Below are positions 57,841 to 58,815 of a stretch of DNA of 58,815 nucleotides, piece by piece (position 1 is the stretch's first letter; each line of letters starts with the position of its first letter). Under the pieces are notes generated by a model. The model ran no database searches. It saw only the letters and a program-made list of their open reading frames with translations, and was not told where the DNA came from. This stretch comes from Nemertoderma westbladi (lineage: Eukaryota; Animalia; Xenacoelomorpha), in the NCBI GenBank assembly GCA_032718475.1, contig JAUCBJ010002390.1, positions 1-58,815 on the forward strand, written 5' to 3'. Made by a program: the position numbers and the translations under genes.

Positions 57841-58815
57841 AACATGTTGGCCCAATGGCATATGGAGTCGGGGCGCATCTGGCCCCGACTCTTTGCCTGG
57901 AAGGCGAAGCCACGAATAACGAATTTCCCAACTCTAGCATGGGAAACCAAAAGCCCATTACTCACTGTGGGACGATCCGAATCGAAATCTATGGGATATA
58001 CGATTGCATGCGGATGAGCGAGTACGGTATGAAGGAGTAACTTTCGTGGCTCGAAAAATACATCATTCGAAAGCTACGAACGCGAAAAGTTGGTTTGCAC
58101 CAAAAATTTTTAAATTTCATCCACGCGTTCTCGAGTTATAAGCGTAAACGCGACCGCGTGGGCGTTTTTGGCACCTCACAAAATGTTTTCTAGCCTCGTG
58201 ATTGGTCAACAAAACATTTTAAGCCTTCCCATTGGTCAACAAAATTTTTGAGCTCAGAATAACATCTGGTTTTCCACTCAACTCGAGTGAGAGTAGGTCG
58301 TATTATTTGCACAGGACAAACAAAGCATGTCTGACATAGACAGAGTAAGCCATAGAACAATAATCACACCATCTGGTTTGGCAACTAAATACCATTGTTC
58401 CTACCTACCGCATAGCCCAGCATTAGTTGAATGGAAACAACTTTCACACCATCTGGTATGTCAACTAAAATACATTGCGTCAACCTACTACGTTGTTTAT
58501 CATTACTTGAATGGGCCCCATAGGAACAATGATAAACGGCATTTTTGAAGTCTTAAAATTTCCTAATGGTTCGAAAAGATGTGGATATGTTTTATTTTTT
58601 AAAAAGCCGTTTGAAATTGAAAGTTTCTTTGTTACGCAGTGTACGAAATGTGCCGACCGTTTCACAATACTACATATTTTCAAATAAATTCAAATTAAAT
58701 AATTTTGGCAATTTAATAATTTATTTACGAATTTAAATGACTACATGTAAAAAATAATGTCATTCACGAAGCGGAATAGAAGAGTGGTTAGCAAGCTGGC
58801 ATTCAACCTACGAGT

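Overview
AT-rich, repeat-dense eukaryotic (probably invertebrate) genomic DNA with no prokaryotic features. It is dominated by two young, related BEL/Pao-type LTR retroelements lying tail-to-tail. Element A is 12946-28019 (+) with 1198-bp LTRs and TSD GGCAG. Element B is 28578-41563 (-) with 1213-bp LTRs and TSD CATTT. A rearranged LTR of a third variant lies at 556-1656. Both elements keep an open Gag-protease ORF but have lost RT and the RNase H and integrase cores by in-frame deletion. Three things stand out. (1) Neither element has a tRNA primer-binding site. Instead, the 12 nt abutting each 5' LTR are the exact complement of a 12-mer about 445 nt inside that element's own LTR, and the sequences co-vary between A and B, pointing to Tf1-like self-priming in a BEL/Pao lineage. 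(2) Element A carries a 1416-aa extra ORF in the env position with a DEDDy (WRN/Mut-7/RNase D-like) 3'-5' exonuclease-like domain and Cys/His knuckles. (3) That ORF is preceded by a co-varying RNA stem-loop. The rest of the window holds a 12-finger C2H2 gene, an RNF8-like RING/coiled-coil ORF, two copies of a Tc1/mariner-type MITE, a Ginger1-like MITE, 68-bp and 52-bp tandem arrays, and decayed LINE and Ty3/gypsy fragments. All alignments and domain calls were made by eye, with no database searches.
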